Positions 59,501-64,000 of a DNA stretch of 64,000 nucleotides are shown piece by piece. A program made the position numbers and the translations under genes. The stretch lies in NCBI GenBank assembly GCA_049322915.1, contig JBMOPW010000030.1:1-64000 (forward strand), read 5' to 3'. Positions within the stretch are counted from its first letter, which is position 1. Each line of letters opens with the position of its first letter. The notes under the pieces were generated by a model. It was not told the origin of the DNA. It saw nothing but the letters and a program-made list of their open reading frames with translations, and did no database searches. The DNA comes from Candidatus Zhuqueibacterota bacterium. Its GTDB lineage: Bacteria; Zhuqueibacterota; Zhuqueibacteria; Thermofontimicrobiales; Thermofontimicrobiaceae.

Positions 59501-60043
59501 ACAGTTAATTGGGCAGTAGGCAATATTGACGCAAATCCTCTCTTTGCCGATTCGACATTAACCCTTTCAAACGGGAGTCCTTGCATCGGCAAGGGTGTTG
59601 CATCTTTCGACTTTGGTGGTTTCACCTGCACCTGCCCCGAAACCGACAAGACAGGCGAAATTCGCCCCAATCCGGCAGACAGCAAACCGGACATGGGCGC
59701 CTACGAATCGCCGCTATCCACCGATGTGGAAAATCCATGGAAGACTGAAATTCCGCAGTCATATCTATTGGGTCAGAACTACCCCAATCCGTTCAACCCA
59801 ACGACAACCATAAGCTACCAGCTTCCGACGATCAGCCAGGTTGATTTGAGTATCTACAATATGATTGGTCAAAAAGTGGCCACTCTGGTATCAGCAAGAC
59901 AACCGGCCGGATTTTACAATGTACATTGGGATGCCAGCGCAGTAGCCAGCGGGGTGTATCTGTATCGGCTTGAAGCCGGGGATACTTCGACAGGCTCTGG
60001 ACAAGGTTTTGTGCAGGTGAAGAAATTGATTTTGATGCGGTGA
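56546..60043 (+). CDS. Secreted tandem right-handed beta-helix protein with CTD
   Basis: Two VP.D..TIQAGI...GTY.ENINF.GKAI modules, GGGI and I..N repeats, SPCIG.G...PD.GA.E ends, QNYPNPFNPTT CTD. GGAGG RBS before ATG 56546. Confidence 0.9.
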   Translation: MSRSILLFGLILFMFGAVTAGTIKVPGDQPTIQAGINAATNGDTVLVADGTYFENINFKGKAITVASYFFVDNDTTHINNTIIDGSQPSHADTGSVVLFISGEDTTSILYGFTITNGSGSVIAERRRGGGICIFNSGATIVHNKVIANSITHNQECHGGGIAATCDTTFGRIFVQIIGNTITHNQAISSQSLYGGFGGGVDIAVSNVLLTSNVISHNKVSAGDYCYCYGAGVRIEGSTEISLVTDNIISFNTPINGQCYGGGLLAGSNDLTIKGNLFEGNNSEEGGGIFYNSTGGVISHNTFVNNHSYAGGGIKVNSSEEGDIFGNKFIGNTTDGRGGGICISFCSPHIYNNIIAQNRTSGFGGGIYIGEYFCGPQIINNIIVDNTANTGGGIYTELSWPIVMNTILWGNVAATDPQIYICDNDRDFPKTQVVYSDIQGGWAGTGNINTDPLFADTLFHLSDASPCIGAGASSFTFTGGIICQAPVTDFAGQTRPDPTGSKPDIGAFEVPRAAPERPTLCEVPTDYATIQAGIEASTTGDTVLVCEGTYYENINFRGKAIAVASLFIMEGDTNHINNTTINGSRPSDPNKGSVVSFVTGEDTTSVICGFTITGGTGTMFDATYRVGGGIYCKTSGARISHNKIVSNTINHTADCDGGGVGYWPHINSSARFVIIEDNVVESNSITSSNGESYLNGGGIHIVKGRVTGNTIRYNSVGGQPIFAGGGGISATCENNANRTTVVITGNTITHNRATTPGYYGGWGAGIDVVMCHVQILDNIITHNEAGGDYGMGAGIRLWGSKAISIIKNNTISFNSVTAPGAGGGIELDQTQGVQVIGNWIESNNGSLGGGGIDESRCPTGNIMDGNFIKDNLGGEQGGGIWAMNAKLVNNVIVENEARRGGGIFYYFNPTLTSSVTQIINNTITKNVADTAGGIAIYNANAVVMNTICWGNTAPHGQEIEVWGGSLNAAHSDIQLGAAGIVIDSPATVNWAVGNIDANPLFADSTLTLSNGSPCIGKGVASFDFGGFTCTCPETDKTGEIRPNPADSKPDMGAYESPLSTDVENPWKTEIPQSYLLGQNYPNPFNPTTTISYQLPTISQVDLSIYNMIGQKVATLVSARQPAGFYNVHWDASAVASGVYLYRLEAGDTSTGSGQGFVQVKKLILMR

Positions 60044-60284
60044 GCGAAGTGCGTGTACGACACGTTCACCCCATCGGAGTTAATTGAGCCTCAGACGTAT
60101 TTTTCAACCTTCGTAGCCAGAGGTAAAAAATCTCCTCAAACCTAATTACCGTATTCAACCCGGAGAAGGTAATAAGGTTAATTTGAAATAGAATTCATGA
60201 GATAGGAAGGTTAACAGCAACTAAAATTAGGTCTTCATCCTCTGGCGCATTTTGAACATTGGCAGATTTTAAAAATGCGAAGCA

Positions 60285-60428
60285 GTAGCCATGCTGGATG
60301 AGCAACAACGATCGGCTGAAATTCACCAATTGAATTGGGATGCCAGCGGATTGGCGAGCGGGGTGTATTTGTATCGGCTTGAAGCCGGGGATGATGGACA
60401 CAACAAGAAGCTTAATTTAATACAATAG
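60285..60428 (+). pseudogene. Orphan CTD tail
   Basis: VAMLDEQQRSAEIHQLNWDASGLASGVYLYRLEAGDDGHNKKLNLIQ*. 60334-60392 is 54/59 identical to 59925-59983. Confidence 0.8.
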
Positions 60429-60457
60429 CCGCATTCTAACTGCAATCTCTTTGTACC

Positions 60458-60491
60458 TGGATTCCATCCGTCAATTGACAGATGGAATCCA
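60458..60491. repeat. 34-bp near-perfect palindrome
   Basis: TGGATTCCATCCGTCAATTGACAGATGGAATCCA, one mismatched pair. Confidence 0.8.
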
Positions 60492-60676
60492 ACTTTATGT
60501 CAGCAACCGGCGCGATAGAATCCTGCGATCATTTTTTTACATTACTTTTACAGTACTTGAAATTTTTTGGTTGTATATTATAAAAAAATTCTAAAAAATG
60601 ATTTTTTTTATTGCCCGAAGAAATCTGTATAATCGGGCAATTCAGATTTCATAAATGATAAGTCAATGTCATTAAG

Positions 60677-60728
60677 TATCTACCCTTTCAACGGTTGCGA
60701 GCATTTGAAAAGGTAGATGTTTTTATTT
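60677..60728 (+). terminator. Intrinsic terminator in the leader of the nitronate monooxygenase gene
   Basis: TATCTACCCTTTCAA / TTGAAAAGGTAGATG stem followed by TTTTTATTT. Confidence 0.75.
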
Positions 60729-60786
60729 CAACGTAACGGCATCGACTAAAAAGTCATGATCATGAAACCCTTTGTTGGAGATAAAA

Positions 60787-61878
60787 ATGACAATACCCAA
60801 GCTGAAAATTGGGAATTACACCGCAGATATACCTATCGTCCAGGGCGGAATGGGTGTAAGAGTTTCTCTCTCATCCTTAGCCGCAGCCGTCGCAAATGAA
60901 GGTGGAATTGGGACTCTTTCCAGCATCGCCCTCGGTGGTGTAAATGCTTCGGGAAAAGAGTATGAAAAAATCTCACGTGAGCTACTCAAAGAAGAAATTC
61001 GGCGGGCGAAAAGCCTGACTTCTGGACATCTCGCGGTAAATGTCATGAATGTTCTCAGCAATGCATCTGACTTGGTAAAAACATCAGTGCAGGAAGGAAT
61101 CAAATTTATTGTCATGGGCGCCGGATTGCCAATGAAGCTGCCAAGTATCGTTGAGGATAAAAATATTAATCTGATTCCCATCGTTAGTTCGGCGAGGGCT
61201 GCCAGCCTGATTTTGCGTACCTGGGACAACCGTTTTAACCGAATTCCCAGTGCATTTATTCTGGAGGGACCATTAGCTGGCGGACACCTTGGATTTTCCA
61301 GTGATCAACTGGAACACATCGAAGAATATTCGCTCGAGATACTACTTCCCTCTGTTCTGCAAGCTGTTAAGCTGTATGAGGATAAATATGGCGCTAAAAT
61401 ACCCATCATTGTTGGCGGCGGTATTTATGATGGAAATGATATTGCCCGGATGCTGTCCCTGGGTGCATCGGGAGTACAAATGGGAACCCGATTTGTCTGT
61501 ACCGAAGAAAGCAGTGTATCGGCGGCTTTCAAGCAAGCGTACATCAATGCTAAAGAAGAAGATATTGTCATTGTTAAAAGTCCGGTTGGATTATTGGGTC
61601 GTGCGATACGAAATCGATTTTTGAAAAACCTGGAAAGTGGTGAAAAAATAAAGATAAAATGTCGTTACAAATGTCTGAGTGCCTGTCAAGTCGTAAATGC
61701 AAAATACTGCATAGCCAAGGCATTGTTTAATTCGTATATAGGCGATGTTGATAACGGTTTGATTTTTTGCGGAAAGAATGCCTTTCGAATTGACAAAATA
61801 ACAACAGTGAAAGAACTTTTTAAAGAGCTTATCGATGATCTCAGCAACGCTCTTGGCCCTGAATTGAAGCCAGCTTAA
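60787..61878 (+). CDS. Nitronate monooxygenase / FabK-like FMN oxidoreductase
   Basis: PIVQGGMGV, GAGLP, EGPLAGGHLG, GASGVQMGTRF, SPVGLLGRA, GLIFCG. GGAG RBS before ATG 60787. Confidence 0.9.
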   Translation: MTIPKLKIGNYTADIPIVQGGMGVRVSLSSLAAAVANEGGIGTLSSIALGGVNASGKEYEKISRELLKEEIRRAKSLTSGHLAVNVMNVLSNASDLVKTSVQEGIKFIVMGAGLPMKLPSIVEDKNINLIPIVSSARAASLILRTWDNRFNRIPSAFILEGPLAGGHLGFSSDQLEHIEEYSLEILLPSVLQAVKLYEDKYGAKIPIIVGGGIYDGNDIARMLSLGASGVQMGTRFVCTEESSVSAAFKQAYINAKEEDIVIVKSPVGLLGRAIRNRFLKNLESGEKIKIKCRYKCLSACQVVNAKYCIAKALFNSYIGDVDNGLIFCGKNAFRIDKITTVKELFKELIDDLSNALGPELKPA

Positions 61879-61955
61879 ATTATGGTAAGAGAGCAATCGC
61901 TTTCTCTGAACTCATTTGAGATTTTTAATTTTACGGGCATTGATGGAGGAGATAC

Positions 61956-62249
61956 ATGACGAAGCCCATTGTCCGAATTGATCGCTTCAGCGAAACGATC
62001 TGCAACCGCAATGCTGATGAAAACTATCCGGATCCTTTTTCTCCGCCTGGCGATAGAGTGGCCACGCTGCTTCCTGGACACTGTCTGGCTGGAATTCACC
62101 GAATCAAATTGGGATGCCCTGGAACTGGCGAGCGGGGTGTATCTGAATCAACTGGAATCAGGGGAACCCATCGACAAGCTCCCCGAATAAGTCGGGACAG
62201 GCAGGACAAGGTTTTGTACAAGTGAAAAAAACTGATTTTAATGCGGTAA
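61956..62249 (+). pseudogene. Degenerate orphan CTD
   Basis: NYPDPFSP...RVATL, frameshift, WDALELASGVYLNQLESG...GQGFVQVKK, frameshift, LILMR*. The tail mirrors 59925-60043. Confidence 0.75.
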
Positions 62250-62497
62250 CTTGAGTCAAGCTACAGTATAAAAACAAACCCAGGCTCCTTCCCCGAGCAG
62301 GTTTCTGGGACGCTTTTCCATCACCACTATCCACAACCACCTGCAAATATCTTTCCAACTATCCTTCATTGCTGATCTCACAATTTTTACTGTAAAAAAT
62401 AACTTGACTTATTGATGAGATTTTATAGATTATTCTCAGGCTTCGGTCATAATTTCTTATTAACGTCTTCGACGAATGAAAACAAGGAGGCATTGGC

Positions 62498-64000
62498 ATG
62501 AAAAGCAGATGCATAATCGTGCTTGTTCTGTTCGGTATCAGTCTTTTGATGAGCTCATCTTCAACGGCTCAAAATGATAGTCTCAATTGTGCATTGATTG
62601 GTCGCTGGGCGCATGGTCCTTGTTATGCCATGACAGCAGACGGCGATACGTTTTATTTTGCCGATGGCGGTTATCTTCGCATCATGGATTTTTCGGACAA
62701 TCGCAATCCTGTCGATTTAGGGCGGATAGATGTGTCCGCCCAGCTTGTCAAAATCGCCGTAAATGGAAATTACCTGTACACCCTCGATACCAAAGAAATG
62801 CTTCATATTTTCGACATCTCTGATCTTGCCAATCCTGCAGAATTGAACACAATACAATTTGAAGGTTATGGCGTCGAACTTAAAATTAATGGCAACTATC
62901 TTTACGTTCTAATGGGGAATAGGGGATTGTATATTTATGATGTAACCGATCCTACCCATCCCGTTGAAAACAGCTTTTTCGCGACAACGTATCGCATGAA
63001 TGGCCTCGCTGTTAACAGCACCCACGCCTACATCGTCGATTACGATAAAGGATTCCAAATCGTTGATATAACAAATCCGGAATCACCTGTGAAAGCCGAT
63101 TCGGTAATGCTTGGTGTCCGAACACGTGCGGTTAAGGTACGGGGACATTATCTCTATGTGGCGACGAGTGGTTATTTACGCATTTTTGATGTCTCCAATC
63201 CCACGAATGTGACAGAAATCGGTAATTACCATGGCGGAAGTGTTGCCAGTGATATTGCTTTAAATGGCAATTATGCCCATGTTGTTTTCAGCTCCAACGG
63301 TATGAAAATTGTTGATGTGACGAATCCGGCAAACCCGGTCTATACCGGAAGTTTTTCTACCGATGGGAATGCAATATTTGTGGCCGGGAATGAAACCACG
63401 GCGCTGGTGGGACTCGATGGCGGCGGACTATATGCCCTGGACGTCTCCGTTCCTGCCAGCCCATTAGAAGTCGGCTACTATACTGCTGGCAATTCCTGGA
63501 ATGTTCTCGTCAGCGGCAATCTTGCTTATTTATCAAATAATATACAGGGACTCCGAATTTTCGATGTATCAGATCCGGCCGATCCCAATGAATTGAGCCA
63601 TATCAACACGCCCGGTTCCGTTCGCGACGTGGCGCTCCTGGGCAGCTACGCGTATGTGGCAGATTGCTGGATGGGAGTGAGAATTTTCAATATGAGCGAC
63701 CCGGCGAATCCAACCGAAACCGGCGCGCTGGACACGCCGAATCGCGCTGAGGCGATTTTTGTTTCAGGGAACAACGCCTTTGTAGCTGTTGAAGATAGTG
63801 GATTATTTATTATCGATATTTCCGATCCGGCGAATCCATCTGCTGTGGGCAGATTGTCTTTCCCCGGTTTTGCCAATGGCATTGCCGTTGCCGGGAATTA
63901 TGCCTTTGTCGCCGCCGGAACCGATGGCTTGCGCATCATCGACATTTCGAATCCATCCAATCCCGCTGAGTCCGGTTTTTTTAATACCGGTGACTATGCG
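62498..64000 (+). CDS. Secreted LVIVD-repeat protein (3'-truncated by window edge; absent from the ORF track)
   Basis: AAGGAGG RBS; MKSRCIIVLVLFGISLLM signal; repeats GNYLYV...GL.I.DVTDPT.P. The frame appears open to the window end. Confidence 0.88.
   Translation, partial: MKSRCIIVLVLFGISLLMSSSSTAQNDSLNCALIGRWAHGPCYAMTADGDTFYFADGGYLRIMDFSDNRNPVDLGRIDVSAQLVKIAVNGNYLYTLDTKEMLHIFDISDLANPAELNTIQFEGYGVELKINGNYLYVLMGNRGLYIYDVTDPTHPVENSFFATTYRMNGLAVNSTHAYIVDYDKGFQIVDITNPESPVKADSVMLGVRTRAVKVRGHYLYVATSGYLRIFDVSNPTNVTEIGNYHGGSVASDIALNGNYAHVVFSSNGMKIVDVTNPANPVYTGSFSTDGNAIFVAGNETTALVGLDGGGLYALDVSVPASPLEVGYYTAGNSWNVLVSGNLAYLSNNIQGLRIFDVSDPADPNELSHINTPGSVRDVALLGSYAYVADCWMGVRIFNMSDPANPTETGALDTPNRAEAIFVSGNNAFVAVEDSGLFIIDISDPANPSAVGRLSFPGFANGIAVAGNYAFVAAGTDGLRIIDISNPSNPAESGFFNTGDYA

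Noticed and set aside
60628..60633. TATAAT as the promoter -10 of the monooxygenase gene
   Set aside because: No properly spaced -35 or extended -10, and it lies in the hairpin loop. It cannot be fully excluded without TSS data.
1..64000. tRNA, rRNA, tmRNA, transposase, integrase or phage genes
   Set aside because: None recognised by eye; tRNAscan-SE, Infernal and HMM searches would be needed to exclude them formally.

Overview
This is a 64-kb bacterial window. Its secreted proteins end in an NY/FPNPFNxxT 'FlgD-Ig / T9SS type A-like' C-terminal domain (CTD), which suggests an FCB-superphylum organism such as KSB1 or Calditrichota (inference). The left half (1-34 kb) is mostly housekeeping and catabolic: M14, S9 and M3 peptidases, an EamA transporter, a TlpA redoxin, a URO-D family protein, a GH36/27-like hydrolase, a plant-type glucuronokinase-GalU-GH47-CBM9-SSS cluster, a Nudix hydrolase, an OmpR-type two-component system, a lipoprotein and an LRR protein. 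The right half is accessory. Three cargo segments (a 12.2-kb signalling/surface-protein island, a hicBA toxin-antitoxin pair and a nitronate-monooxygenase unit) are each followed by a second copy of the 3' end of the gene upstream of them, with no integrase in view. There are two CCC...GGG-ended MITEs with TTAA-containing target duplications, one inserted in frame into a signal peptide. Also present are several other palindromic repeat families, an ABC exporter with an ADP-ribosyltransferase-like N-terminal domain, a candidate attenuator leader, and phased OmpR- and AraC-type operator repeats. I recognised no rRNA, tRNA, CRISPR array, transposase or reverse transcriptase. All family calls come from motif recognition by eye; no searches were run.
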